DNA of 60,387 bases, counting the filler, from Squatina squatina (taxonomy: Eukaryota): NCBI GenBank assembly GCA_031763465.1. It is 4 parts of 4 records of this genome, joined end to end, with 100 filler letters (N's around TTAATTAATTAA, not from the genome) between each part and the next. Parts side by side here need not be neighbours in the genome. Positions count along the whole stretch, not along the records: positions 17,496 to 32,521 come from JARFOE010000192.1; positions 32,622 to 47,368 come from JARFOE010000080.1; 2 more parts are not named here. One strand, 5' to 3'. Below, piece after piece: positions 23,545 through 37,886 of the stretch. Numbering within the stretch: position 1 is the stretch's first letter; every line of letters begins with the position of its first letter. The position numbers were made by a program, and so were the translations under genes. The notes under the pieces are model-generated. The model was not told the DNA's origin, ran no database searches, and saw only the letters and a program-made list of their open reading frames with translations.

Positions 23545-24016
23545 GCAATTGTATAGCGTCTTTAATGTGGGAGAAAATATCCCAAGGGGCTTCACCGAGG
23601 AAGAAATGGACACTGAGCCAAATAAGGAGCTATTAGGAGGGATGACCAAAGGCTTTGTTAAATGTGGGTTATCAAGAGACTCTTAAATGAGGAAAGATGG
23701 AGAGATAGAGGAGTTTAGGGAGACAATTAAAATACATGGAACCGAGGTAGCTGAACTCAGGACCACAAATGGTGGAGCCAAGGCAGTTGGGGGATGCACA
23801 AGAGACTGGGGTCAGAAGTGCAGAGAATTTGGGGTGGGGGAAGCAGGTTGTGGAGACAGTTACATAGATAGAAAAGGTAAGGCCATGGGCAATTTAAACA
23901 TGATGAGAATTTTACATTTGAGGCATTGGGGGACAGGGAGTCTGTGTAGGTCAGCAAGGATGGGGTGATCAGCAGGTAAGGCAGAACATGGGTACCTGAG
24001 TTTTGGATGAATTGAA
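23545..24016 (-). mobile_element. L2 LINE 3' end
   Basis: The reverse strand reads PILADLHRLPVPQCLKCKILIMFKL, followed by an L2 tail. Confidence 0.8.
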
Positions 24017-25199
24017 NNNNNNNNNNNNNNNNNNNNNNNNNNNNNNNNNNNNNNNNNNNNNNNNNNNNNNNNNNNNNNNNNNNNNNNNNNNNNNNNNNNN
24101 NNNNNNNNNNNNNNNNTATTATGATACACAACTCAATGATCAAAACTCAAAATAATTCATCACCAGACAATCACTATTCAATTATAAAATATAGCTAATC
24201 TCCCCTGTCAAAATTCCATTTTTAAAGCACATCGGTGTGATTAAGGAGCCACATGGTTTCTATATATCAGAAGATAAAAGTAAAACTGTTCCATTCATAC
24301 AAAATGTATTAGGCTATTTATGATGCAGCCCAATGATATGATTATTTATTCATAATTCTTCCATCAACACAGCTGAACGTTTTCTCGCCGGGGGTTGTTA
24401 CTGAAAACTGGTTGTAATGTCAGCTTTCAGGATTCATAAAAGAAATTTAAAACAGACAGTGATAAAAAGTAAAAAGGTAAATACATTAAATAGGTTAAAA
24501 AAACATTAAGGTTCAGTCTAGAGATAATTAATTTGCCAATTCCAAAGATTGCCTTCTCATTAGTGACACTTGGCTGCTTGTGTGACCGAGGTAAGGGCTT
24601 CATTTTTCACTGTAAATTGTAATTACGTGTACCTGTTGCTTTTCACAGCCTATGCTCCAACCAACAGCTTATTATAATTTTTGTTATTTCAAAGACAGCA
24701 CTTCAAACATCAGATTTTTGCATTTTATTTATTCGACTTTTTTACTTTTATTTTCTGATTCCTTTTTGAAAAACATTTTCCTCTATTTGTGGAGATAATG
24801 GCACACAGCCATTTTCAATCTCTTTTTTGATTTACCCACAATTCCCTCATCAATGTGGATACTGAACCAGTGAGGCAAATATTGTCACTATACACGACAA
24901 AATAAGTCTGAAAACAGTAAGATTATGTCAATTCAATTTTTGAGGGAAGAAAATCACTGACGTTTTCACCTCTATATCTCTCTCATGATATTAAAAGAGT
25001 ACCCTCATTAAAGTTCACAAAAAATGTGTCTTAGCTTGGTAATTTCCAAGTCAAACAATAATTGAAATTTACCAGCATTGTTTATTTTAGTTTTTATTCN
25101 NNNNNNNNNNNNNNNNNNNNNNNNNNNNNNNNNNNNNNNNNNNNNNNNNNNNNNNNNNNNNNNNNNNNNNNNNNNNNNNNNNNNNNNNNNNNNNNNNNN

Positions 25200-25905
25200 A
25201 CAACAACTGGCTGTTCACCCTCCCCCTCCAGAATGCCCTGCAGCTGCTCTGAGACATCCTAGACCCTTGCACCAAGGAGGCAACATACCATCCTGGAGTC
25301 TCGTTTGTGGCCGCAAGAACGCCTGTCTGTTCCCCTTACAATTGAATCCCCTATCACTATATCCCTCCCACTCTTTTTCCTCCCCTCCTGTGATGTTGGC
25401 CCACCTGCATTTATTGACCATCCCTAGTTGCCCTGATGTAGTGGTGGTGGGCCTTCTCCTTGGCCTGCTGCACCTCTGGTGCTAATGGTGCTCCTGCCAT
25501 GGTGTCAGGTAGGGAACTCCTGTACTTTGACACTGCAACGATGAAGGAATGGTTATCTACATCCAAATCAGGATGGTGTGCGACTTGGCAGGGAACTTGG
25601 TGATGGTGGCATTCCATAAACTTGGTTTGTATTCCCTTGAGCTAAGGAGGTCGAGGGTGTGATCCATTTGAGCTGTTTAAAATGAAAAAAGTGATTTGGC
25701 ACGGTCGATGCAGGGAAGCTATTTCCTCTGGTAGAGCAATCCAGAAGAAGGAGGTATAATCTTAACATTAGAGGCGAGGCCATTGAGGAGTGAAATCAGG
25801 AAGCACTTCTTCACACAAGGGATAGAAGAAATCTAGAATTGTCTCTCCCAAAAGGCTGTGGATACTGAGGGACAATTGGAGCTTTCAAGACTGAGATCAA
25901 CAGAT
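25200..25905. mobile_element. Adjacent LINE 3' fragments in opposite orientations
   Basis: ~25420-25615 is the reverse complement of the family at 20484-21087. 25660-25905 is a CR1 ORF2 C-terminus on + (RKHFFTQGIEEI). Confidence 0.65.
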
Positions 25906-26409
25906 AATTGCCTTTGCGCTATTGGAGATGGACATGTCACATTGATGCAGTTTTGAGGTGGGACTGTTACTATACCCAATAGGCTCTTGATGGAGCCATT
26001 GGAACTCTCATCTTGCAGTCACATTATTTTGATATTGTCTAAAATAAATGGGTTAATTTAGCAGTAACATTATTTCAATCTAGGCTTGCGTGTCCGAGAT
26101 AAGAAGGTATTCCATTCCTCAGCACTAATGTCCTTCACCTTGATGAGCACAAATTTAAAAAAATACTTTATTCCCAATGCTTTCTGTATCTGTCTCAGGA
26201 TTCAGTGGATGAAAGTGGTTGTAAAGTTTGTGAGTGGTATGAGTGCATAGCTAGAGAGTAAGGGAAGAGAACCAGCCTTTTTCTCTCTTCCTCTCTCTGA
26301 CATAACCATTTTTTCTCTCTCTCTACTTTACCTATTCTGACAAAAAAGAGATGTCCATTTATACAGTGCTCTATTATTTCACATTAAAATGCAACAGGGG
26401 TGAAGTCAA

Positions 26410-26585
26410 TGGAACATAGGAACAGGAGTAGGCCATTTAGCCCCTCAAACCTGTTCCATCATTCAATGAGACTGTGATTGATCTACGACCTAACTCCATA
26501 TACCCGCCTTTGGCCCATATCGCTTAATACCTTTGGATAACAAAAAGCTATCAATCTCCAATTTAAATTGCCATTTGCAGGAGAG
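26410..26585 (-). mobile_element. CR1 LINE 3' tail
   Basis: gaacataggaacaggagtaggccatttagccc...; the reverse strand reads FKLEIDSFLLSKGIKRYG. Confidence 0.75.
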
Positions 26586-27014
26586 NNNNNNNNNNNNNNN
26601 NNNNNNNNNNNNNNNNNNNNNNNNNNNNNNNNNNNNNNNNNNNNNNNNNNNNNNNNNNNNNNNNNNNNNNNNNNNNNNNNNNNNNTGATTTTGACCCAGC
26701 GTCAATGAAGGAGTGGCAATTTATGTCCAAGTCAGGATTGGGTGTGGCTTGAAGGGAAACTTGATGATGGTGTTCCCATGCACCTGTTGCCCTTGTCCTT
26801 CTACCTGGTGGAGATTATGGGTTTGAGAGGTGCTGCCAAAGAATATTTGCTGCACGCTATTTGTCTCTCTACTTAGTCACTTCTTCAAAACAAAATTCTA
26901 AAATTTGTGAAACATCAGTTGCCTTTAGCAAATCCATGTGTTTCCTTGATTAACCTATGCATTTATAAGTGCTCATGGTAATACAAAAGTGGTGCAAACA
27001 TACAATGAAAGTAA

Positions 27015-27390
27015 ACATCTTAAAGCACTTCATATGCAATTAATTATTTTTCAGTGCAGTAATAGTTGTTATGTAGGAGCTATGTAGGCAAACACCGCAG
27101 CCAGCAAGAACCCACAACCATCAATAAGATGAATGAGCAGTTAAGCTGTTTTTAGCTGGTATTAGCTGACCAGGAATGCAGTCCAGGATACCAGGAAAAC
27201 TTCTTGCTCTTCTAATAATGCTGGGTAACTTTAAAATCCAGAACATACAAGTGGGCCTCAGACTAATGTTTCACTCAAAGGACAGCACCTCAGACAATGT
27301 AGCACCCACTCTGAACGGCATTGCTTCAGCAATGCACTGAAGTATGTTCTTATATGAGTTCAAGCTCCTGGCATGGAGTTAGAACCCAGA
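27015..27390 (-). mobile_element. Old degenerate DeuSINE
   Basis: Colinear similarity to 8885-9313. Confidence 0.6.
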
Positions 27391-28458
27391 GAGGATAAAC
27401 CAGGCTGGTATGGCAAAATCATTGTTAGGCTCCAGTCCAGTCATGCCAGACAATTAAACTCATCCAGGGTACAGTAACTGGTTAATTTGATTCCTGGAAT
27501 TCAGAACTAGATTCCAAGTTTCAGACTACTGGATTAAAAGAAAACAAATTAATAATCTGTATTTATTATCTACTTGCTATTCCAGATAAACTTAACCAAC
27601 CACTTTGGTAAGTGCACATTTTTGGGATGGTGTACACTCAAAGTAATGCAAAAGTTGGCCAATCATACACCCGTGTGGGTGTTAATTTACAATTAAGGTA
27701 AATGCAACACATTATATACATAATAGTAGGGAGGAATATTTTAAACAGTTACAATAAATAAAGAACCACCTAAAAACCCAGATCCATCTTAGTCTGTATG
27801 TCTGTCTTCTCAATTTTAGTAATGTGTCCAAAATAAGCCACATTTAATGTGGTATGGTGAGGCCCAGCAAGGTTCAAATTAACCATTGAACAACTGGTAG
27901 TGAAAAACTAGATTGCAAACATGTGTATGTGTTGCTATGGGCACAGGGCATAAGTAAGCCAGCCTGTCAAGGGCATCAGTTCCATCAGGATTCTAAGTAA
28001 CTGTTTCTTTTCTGGGATTGCTCCTTAGACTTTTAATTTAATATAATGGCCTAAAATTTGCAACCCGATAAAAAAAAATTCCCACCTACCTTCAGGCTTC
28101 CGGGTTTTGGAGACTTTGGGTCCTGGGTCTGCGCACACCTGCATAAAGGGTCATAGATCCCAGGAGCACAGTCAGCTCAGAAGCGTCCCTGGGATCACGT
28201 GGGCCAGGTCCTCCAAATCAGAAAGGAGGATTCCTAATATGCTTATGGAGATTCCCTTTTCGAGCAGAATCCCCATAAGCATATGAGGAATTCCCAAATA
28301 ATTTATACAACTGGAATAAAAATAAATGTTCCCATGTAAAATTTAATTAAATGTCCCTNNNNNNNNNNNNNNNNNNNNNNNNNNNNNNNNNNNNNNNNNN
28401 NNNNNNNNNNNNNNNNNNNNNNNNNNNNNNNNNNNNNNNNNNNNNNNNNNNNNNNNNN

Positions 28459-28600
28459 CCTTCTCGCCCACCCTCTCTGTCTCTCTGAGTCTCTTACAGC
28501 TTCTCTCTCTCCCTCTCTCTCTCTGTCTCTCTTTCCCTCTCTTTCTCTCTCTCTCTCTCTCTGTCCCCCTCTCTGTTCCTTTCTGTGTCTCTGTCTGACT
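28459..28600. repeat. (CT)n-rich microsatellite
   Basis: Direct inspection of the sequence. Confidence 0.9.
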
Positions 28601-31600
28601 GAGACACGCGTTTGACACTGTATTAGTCTAGGCAGCCGCCAGGCCGGCGACAATCACTACCTCGATTACCAGAGAAGCAAAACTAAAACAATCCAACAAA
28701 GAGGTAAGTGCAGTAAAAAGGAGAAAAAAACACAAAGCGAAAAGTATTAAGAATACAAAAGTCAACAACATCTGTCAGGTGGCTTTTTTTTTCCAAAGCC
28801 ATATTTTCCACCACTTTTTCACAGGGAATACGAAGTGTCGACCGTGTCTGGTTTAATATTGTTCCCCTCAGCCACCCAACGGGGAGGCAGCTCCGACTGA
28901 CGGCGCAGTGCAAAGCAGCCGGTGACGGGATATTGCTCGGTGAGTGAGTGTCAGTCAGTGCGTTGCTGCTGTGAGTGTTACACTACATCAGATACACTGT
29001 GACTCACTCCTACTGACATTGTATCCTCACTCTACTTTACTCTTGTCTCTTCAGGTACAAATCTGGTGTCCGGGTGTTTGCTTTTATCCTTATTTTTTTA
29101 ATTGTCTTTTTCTAAAAGTCTTTTGTTGTAATTCTCTATCTNNNNNNNNNNNNNNNNNNNNNNNNNNNNNNNNNNNNNNNNNNNNNNNNNNNNNNNNNNN
29201 NNNNNNNNNNNNNNNNNNNNNNNNNNNNNNNNNNNNNNNNNATCAAGGAAGTGGGAAAGCAATTGCTTACCGAGTAAATTCAAGAGAGCGTCCCTCCAGT
29301 ACCTCCATGCAGCTGTCCGTGCTTGCGACATGCTATGCCTGTAAAATACAAAAACGCTAATGAATTTCGGAGCTCCCGGGCACTTTTAACGCTGGGCGCT
29401 AATCACTGCTGCAGCGTTTTCAGCGTGGCAGTAACCAATTTCTACCCTATATTTCTTGACAATTTTCTCCCCTCCTCTTCTTCCCCTGAAGACATTTGGG
29501 TTAATTTTCAGTTTTGGCATGGGTGGAAAACTGGCGGTTGTGGATCAGGTGCCATTATACTCCCCACCCGATTGTCTCATGGAACTGGGAATTGGAGGAG
29601 GTTCGAGCTCATATATTCTGAGTTGCTAGTCCAGTACCATAATCACTAAGCTACTTCACCTGAACTTTAAAGAATGAGAATTTTAAAGTTCTGGTAGATG
29701 AGTTAACACAGAAAACAGAAAGAAAATGGTTTACAGTCTGAAGCTAAATTCTTCAAATCATTAATGTATTAAGATGATTAGGCTAAAAAGTCCCAGATTC
29801 TATTCCAGCCTTTTCTGTGAGCTGATCTTAATTTAAGTTGGCAGAAAGGAGAAAATTGGCCAGAGTTCCAGTTCCAGATATCAGGCAAGGACAAGATCTG
29901 CTACTGCTGTCGGCCCTTTGTGATTGAATTGCATGCCAACTCACTGTTTATGCTAACACATGAAAAATTGCTACTTGGGTAAGGTATCGGAGGGTACTCA
30001 GCAGACAGAGTTATATCCAAACATGAGTCAAAAACTTTGGAGAGGAAGATAGAAGAAAATTGGCCAAAAAGAAATGTATTTACTACATCCTTCACCCACC
30101 ATCCTTGTGTTTCAGTTTCTGGAGTGAGCTGGACACATCTTTCCTCTTGAGTCCTGTTTTCCCTAATACAGGAGTGGTCTGGGCATTACATTTTCACGAG
30201 CTGCTTAGGTGCACACCATGGAGTGTTGCGAGCCCCATAAATTTTAATTCAGTATTCATTCCTCTTAATATATATCTCTCACAATCTCCCTATTTTAATG
30301 TATACATCCGTGTCTCTATTTCTACCTGTCTTTTTCTCCCAATGTATCTGCCTTTCTCCCTATCTATCTCGCTACCTCAATCTCTTTCTCCCTATCTATC
30401 TCTCTCGCTATTTCTCTATATAGATTTCTTACTGGCTCTGATTTTCTCTGTTCTCATTAACTTTTATTGAGAGGTTAGCGTAACATTCCATATTTAGAAC
30501 TCATATAAAACTAAACTCTGCATCCATTGGAATAATTTCAATTAAACTAAGATCTGCCGATACAAACGTAGGGAGAAATCCAGAATTTTAAAAAAACTAA
30601 CATCAAAAATACAGGAACCTAAATTCGCAAATAATGTTTCAACATTTAATAAACATTTTGTTCAAATCAAAATTAATTGTCTTAAGTTAACTTTTTGCTA
30701 TTGTTTAGATACAAAAACTGATTTCAGTTAGTTCCTCCCTCTCATTAGNNNNNNNNNNNNNNNNNNNNNNNNNNNNNNNNNNNNNNNNNNNNNNNNNNNN
30801 NNNNNNNNNNNNNNNNNNNNNNNNNNNNNNNNNNNNNNNNNNNNNNNNCACTGTCTGGAGCTGGTGTTTATTCAGTAGGGTAAGCACTGTTTTCTGTGTA
30901 ACTTATGGAGTTGGTGTGGTCAAGGTTGGACAATGTAGATTTAAAATCTAAAGTAATCCAATGTAAATTAATATTCTAGAGTCTTACTAGATTGCCTTGG
31001 GAGGAGAAATTTCAGATCTTAATCTTTAGAAGGGGTCACTCGCCTCCCTTTGTGGATTGAATAAATTGCATGAGAAATCATGATGAGAAGATTTGCATAT
31101 GTTGGAATTTTAGAATGAGTAGCATGGTTGGCCTTTTTTATTACATATACTTTCCTACATTTTTGAAGAGCAGTACAGCAGAGTTTTTTCACATAGGTCA
31201 GAATATGCTGTATACCAGATTAATGCTGTTCAGTTTGTGTTGCTTTAAGTTCTTATGATGAAGTGAGAAAAATCCAAATCCAGATGGTGTGATTGTTCCC
31301 AGAAAATCAGTGCATCTTGCCTCCATTGGGTTTCTAGCTCTGTAGCTATCTAGAATTCACAAGAAACAATTGATACATGTGAACACATGTTGAGCACCCC
31401 ACCACCCCCAGGTTAAGTGCTGTCCTGAGTTGTTTAGCACATTGAGTGCACTTGATGTCTCTTTTTCCCTCTTTGGGTTTCTCTCTGTCAGTATCCTTGA
31501 GTACTTCAATAATGCTGTTGTGAATTGTGGCCTGGAAGACTCGTGCCTCCTCCTCCTCTGTCAATTGGAAAGCCTTTGGCCTTTGCTTGGTTCCTTCCTG

Positions 31601-31859
31601 TAATGGGCCGAATGAGAGCTGGGCATAGAATGAATTAGAAGTACTGGTTTATATCTTAGTACCCTGTTCGGCAACATACAATGGTGCTGACTTGCTATGG
31701 CATGGTGCTGTTCCAAAACTTTAAAAGTTGCAATGCTAAACAAAAATTTCTTTACCCTAGGGTGTTCATTTTTATTGATTGCTTGTGAAATATAAGTCTT
31801 TAAGAATTGAGTGATTCCTGTTTATGCAAAATGAAAATAACTGATTATNNNNNNNNNNA

Positions 31860-32132
<273 letters not shown>

Positions 32133-32521
32133 TAACTTGTTGCTGTAATAGTTTAAAATTAGTCCACGCTTGTTCTGAAAGCTGTGATAAGAACCACTTC
32201 TCATTAATGGGTGTTTGAGATGTGATTCATTAGTGCTGAGGTTTTACTAGTGCCAACTTGGCACAGTGTAAGCCAGGGCATGAAATTGGTGATACAGTTG
32301 GACGTTAAAGAGTATAATGTTGCTGTTTATATCCGTCATATGGCCAGCACCCAAGTATAAAGTATCATTAATTTGGGACAGGAGTTTAAACTTTAAGACT
32401 CAACCAGGTAACATTTGTTTAGCCTCATTTCAGATCATGATCGAGCTGTACCATTTTATCTGTAAATACAATGGGGGCCTAATTGGTCTGCTTTAGACCC
32501 ATGGTAGCGGCGCTACCTGGG

Positions 32522-32621
32522 NNNNNNNNNNNNNNNNNNNNNNNNNNNNNNNNNNNNNNNNNNNNTTAATTAATTAANNNNNNNNNNNNNNNNNNNNNNN
32601 NNNNNNNNNNNNNNNNNNNNN
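32522..32621. other. Artificial scaffold-joining linker
   Basis: N44-TTAATTAATTAA (32566-32577)-N44. Confidence 0.95.
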
Positions 32622-33324
32622 GGTGAATAAAATGGGCACCTTCTCCTTCGAAAGAACACAGATGACTGCACACAGTCCTTGCCTGTTGTAACAGTATCTA
32701 TTCTTGAACAATCAGCAGTGGACAGGGAGAATCATTAGTCTGCGCAACAGGCATTTGGGTTGTATCTGAAGCTTTAGAATATTTTAATGAGCTGTTCTGC
32801 TTTTCAAATGATTCACTGTATTCCCAGTCAGTGGACTATACATCCCCCATGATAAAGCTTCAGCCCATCCGATTTCTACCACCTGTGGACATCTAATTCC
32901 CTTTGAACTCACACAAGTCCAAGTATGCCAGTGTCTTCTCATTCAACATTTTTGTTACAGAGGATAGAAGTACCAATTTACTACACTCGAGTGCCTTTCA
33001 GCTCCAAACTGAGTTATTAAGTTTAATTTATAGCAGTTTTAAATAAAAGTACAGCACACAATAACTTGCTACTAAACCCGCAGACCTTAGAAAATACACT
33101 TTTCTCCTTCAACAGTAAAGGGTATGTAGTCCTTTTCACGATAAGTCTATCTCCCATTCCAACACAAACTTTCGATACACTTTCCAAGGATGCTGTCCTC
33201 CTTTCATTCTCTTTCCAACAGTCCCCAGGATAGGGGCTTAAATGTCATATTCAAAGTGAATTATACACAGATGGGAGTCTGGCTGGCTCAGCTAACTTGT
33301 TCAGCTAGTCTGGAGGTCAAGAGC

Positions 33325-33745
33325 AAAAAAGACTTGCAATTAAACAGCGCCTGTCATGACTTCATTATGTCCCGAAGTGCTTTACAGCCAATGAAGTACT
33401 TTTGAAATGTAGTCACTATTGCCATGTAGGGAAGTGCAGCAGCCAATTTGCGCACAGCAAGCTCCCACAAAAAGCAATGAGATAATGACCAGATAATCTG
33501 TTTTTTAGTTGTTGTTTGCGGGATAAATGTTGGCTCGGACAAGGCAAGAACTCCCCTGCTCTCTTTCAATAGTGCCATGGGATCTTTTCAGTCCACCTAT
33601 GTGGGAAGACAGAGCCTCAGTTTAACATCTCATACAAAAAACTCTCTCAGTGCTCCATTGAAGTGTCAGCCGAGATTATGAGCTCAAGTCTCTGGAGTGA
33701 GACTTGAACCCACGACCTCACTCAGGCGAGTTGCGGCTGACACTG
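33325..33745 (-). mobile_element. DeuSINE (SacSINE1-like)
   Basis: Reverse complement of the family at 12000-12450, including head and tail. Confidence 0.85.
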
Positions 33746-36700
33746 TACTTACTGTACTTGGTTAAATGAGTCATTCTAAATGCACAAATATTATACAAAA
33801 TATGAGGCATCGGATAAATTGAGCTGGACTTTGACATTAAGAATCTGCTTGTTAAGAAGATCACTTGTAGCTACAGCGACTGTGAATTTTACTCAGTGAC
33901 GCTAAACTTATCACGATTGTATTTTTAATGAGGCCCGTTTAAGAACATAGTGCTAACATCAGTACAGGGATCGGTGTTTCCCGCTTGCCCCAGATTACCA
34001 GGTCGGTGGGAGAGCCAGCCCCTAGTCCCGGGGTCAGGGAGGGGGACACATTTCCCCCCATTCTCCATACAACGACTAGCTGGATCTCAAATACTTCGCC
34101 TTGTTGCAGATGCACGGAGTCACAGCTATACTGTCCATTTGAAATGTGATGTCTCAGAGACAGGAGTGGTACCGCCAGAGTTCAAATTATTTAACATCCA
34201 TTAACGTCAAATTGGGGATCATTGTCATTAACTGAGGTAGATGTTCAAATATGGAAGAGCCGAGCATCGATCCCATGGCGTTTGACTGGCCCAGGTTTTA
34301 TCCGGTAGTTTATGCGATTTGTGTCCGGGTGTGGAGAGATGGAAGGAGCGCATGTCTTTATTTCGCATCCCGCCCAATTCTTTTTGCAATCTCCAGATAC
34401 GCCGCCTGTAATTTGAGGCTCATGTATTGCAGAAAATCTGTGGCAGCATTTGGGCTTCTAGTGCTCGCTGGCGAACATGAATGTTGTAAATTAATATTTA
34501 TTCGCCGTGCAAATGTCTTGCACTGTGTTAAAGGTATGCCAAAGTTTCCCTTTTTTGATCGTCCAGATCCAATCCTTTTTTTTGCTGGGCAGATGGGTTT
34601 AAATCCCAAGGCTCCCTCACTCCTGGCCCGCCTGCCACAGTCTTATTTATGTGGGCAGAATGTGATTTTTGCCTTTATAAATCTCTGAAACAAAAGCAGA
34701 AATGCCCCTTTAATAGCCGTAGCAGGTGAAATCAGCGGGGCCGAGCGGTTAAATGCCTTTTTTATTACCATCACTAACGAGTGCCCAGTTCATTTGAAGA
34801 GTTATGTGAGTGAGACGAAAGAAAGAGTAAGCACATGTGCCGTTTTACCATTATCTTAAACCCAGTGAGAGTTTCCCTTTTAGGTTATCTACCTGAAACA
34901 AAACTGGACGTTGATATATGATGTCTCAAGTGAGGCGTCCCGCCGTGCCTTTCAGTATCTCTTACTGGGGGTTNNNNNNNNNNNNNNNNNNNNNNNNNNN
35001 NNNNNNNNNNNNNNNNNNNNNNNNNNNNNNNNNNNNNNNNNNNNNNNNNNNNNNNNNNNNNNNNNNNNNNNNNAAACATTTGCGAATTTTGCAGCTCTAT
35101 GACACTATCAATGCCGGGTGCTGTTTGGGCGCTAATCAGTGCTGCAGCGTTTCAAACGTGGCGATAGCCAATTTTGGCCCCTTGGTAGCTGCTTAGACTG
35201 AGAGTAGCCCAGCAAACCAAAGTTATACTGCCCTCTGGCCAGGCAAACTGAACTTTGCTTGTATGCATACAACAAACTCCACTTAACTGGCATGTGATTG
35301 CCAAAGGATTTTACTGTTGACAAAGAGACTACATGACAATCAGAACCTTATTAGCGTTAGAAAGTTTAATAATTAATTCAGCCATTGGACTCCTGAGAAC
35401 GTGTTAAACCTCACACCAGTTGTGATTATACTATACAGCCAATGCAAAGCTGAAATGGTGTGAATTGATTGAGTTGCTTCAAATTACATTGCACTGTGTG
35501 CATTGATTGTGAAGTTAAAATCGCTTTGCAGCAGCACAGTGGCCTATTACTGACCCATTAGATACAAGAGTCCTACACTATTATCCTATATTGCATGCAT
35601 AATTTTTTTAAGAGACTTCAAAAATACTGAAAGCATATTTTGCAGGCACAATAGTAAATTGGCCTAGCAGATGTAACAAGCTCTCAAAGCGGCAGATCTG
35701 TATCTGTAAGTGCATACAGAATTTTTGTTCTATTGAAGCATAATGAAATGGTTTAAAAGTTCGTTAAACTCAATACATCACTGTCTGGTTTGTTTTTTGG
35801 TTATTATATTGAAAGAGTAACCTTTATCCTTTTTTTCCACAGAAACTGTGCGGTCAATTTGATACAAAGGGGGAAACGCCGCATGAATCTTTTATCCCTT
35901 TCTGTCCCTTCACAGTAAAGCCCTTTGACTGTTTAACTAGACAGCGAAACACACAATCACTTTCAGCGACAGAATGCATTTCATTGATCTACCACACTGC
36001 TACTTCTCTCTGTCTATAATAGCTCTCTCAAAGGCTTCTTCCACATATCTTGAAGGTAACATTTCACTTCAAAAAAAGAGAGCAGCAGGTGTCTGCGGTC
36101 CGGATTTAATACCATCTGCCACCGAAAATCTAGGAACAGAGAGGATTCCAGGACTGTTAAGAAATGATCATCATCAGTTACAAAGAGAGATCTTCCATTG
36201 AAAGCTTATTACATCTGGCAGGGTAGTTTGCTATTGTCCTTGTGAAATATATTTTACTCATTAAAATCTTATCATTTGTAACCTTTTGCACAGCAACCGT
36301 GCCTTTTGTCAGTATTGTTTTTGGTCTCTGGGGTATACCTCGTCGGTATTAGTGAGTCTCAGACTGGTGACTCGAGTTGAATGTGCAATACAAATCAATT
36401 CTGCGTCTTTAACTACTTAACAGTGTCTTTAAAAAGAGAAATACAGAATTGAGACTGACAGTTTCCTTTAAAACCACAAAAGCTTTATTAAAAATAACAG
36501 CAAAAGTCAGCAGAAACCAAAGTCTTTCAGATGCAAAAGACGAGCACCTGAAAAGAGGAAGCGACACTGCCTTTCACATAACTCAAACCACACAGTGGTG
36601 AAAAGCATATAAACTCAATGGGATTTAGAGATAACCCATTGTCATCACCCATTCTCACCTGATCCAGGTGATGGGACAAACNNNNNNNNNNNNNNNNNNN

Positions 36701-37779
36701 NNNNNNNNNNNNNNNNNNNNNNNNNNNNNNNNNNNNNNNNNNNNNNNNNNNNNNNNNNNNNNNNNNNNNNNNNNNNNNNNNAACCAAGCCTTATAAACAA
36801 TGTGCATGGTGTTGCAATTATTTTTATGTACATATTAATATAGTAAGCTTCTTGACCATGCTATTTGTAAACGTTCCTCTGTAGCACTCTTGGGCAGGTC
36901 TTAAACTTTGTAATCCTGAAAGGAAACTAATATTGGTTCCCAAAGATAGTAAAAGCTGGGATAGGGTCAGACTGTAAATACATTGTATTTTTATGGCCCA
37001 ATTAAATAATTTAGCACCCCAAAAGCAAGGTGTACTTTTCAATTGAGAATAATTAGCTTCCAGATTTTCATTGTTTTATGTTCTGTATATAATATAGGCA
37101 CTCTCACATCTCCTGGCCCAGTCTCTCAGACATTGGTGAATCCCACAGGGTGTTTTAGTGTCCTCGGATATTTGCCAAATCATTTTTAGTTTTGCTTCTC
37201 CCTGCCCTATTTGCATCTCACTCGCATAACCCGAATCTTCAACTTGACTTTTTCTTCTGCCCCATAACATTCCTTATGTTTCCTTGGCACTTCATCCAGT
37301 TTTCTTCCCTCCCCACTTCTGCTCCATCTGTGCTTGAAACCTTTGGGAGAGAGCTACTGTTGATGGGTACCATGGTCAATTACATCTCCAATGAACAAGT
37401 ACCTAATCTTACGGGAGCTGAACCCATTGGTACCACTCTGACAAGCTGCAAATTAGCAGTTAGAAATTCCAGCATCACTGCACTGCCACTTCGGAACCTG
37501 ATGGATGTCTTCACTGTACATCTATGTCTGAGATGGCAACAATAAGCCAACCTCCTGATACATGACAATGGTCAAAAAACCCTTATCTTTGTATTTTTTT
37601 TTCTCTCAACACAATGCACAATATCCAACTACAACTTAAACATTTGCAATGAGATGTGACCACCATAGCTGTCAGTTCTTCCTTTAATCTACCCTTCTGC
37701 TTCATTGATGGCATTCACTCAAATTTTGATTCTGTAATCTACAGTTAACTTCTTCTCACTGAAATCCAGATTTCACCCA

Positions 37780-37886
37780 ACTCATAGGATTACATAGGAT
37801 ATATGGCACAGAAACAGGCCATTTAACCCAAGTCCACGCAGCCCTTTATGCTCCATTCGAGCCTCCTCCCGTCTTTCCTCATCTCA
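37780..37886 (-). mobile_element. CR1-type LINE/SINE 3' tail
   Basis: cataggattacataggat tandem terminus followed by ggcacagaaacaggccatt. Confidence 0.6.
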
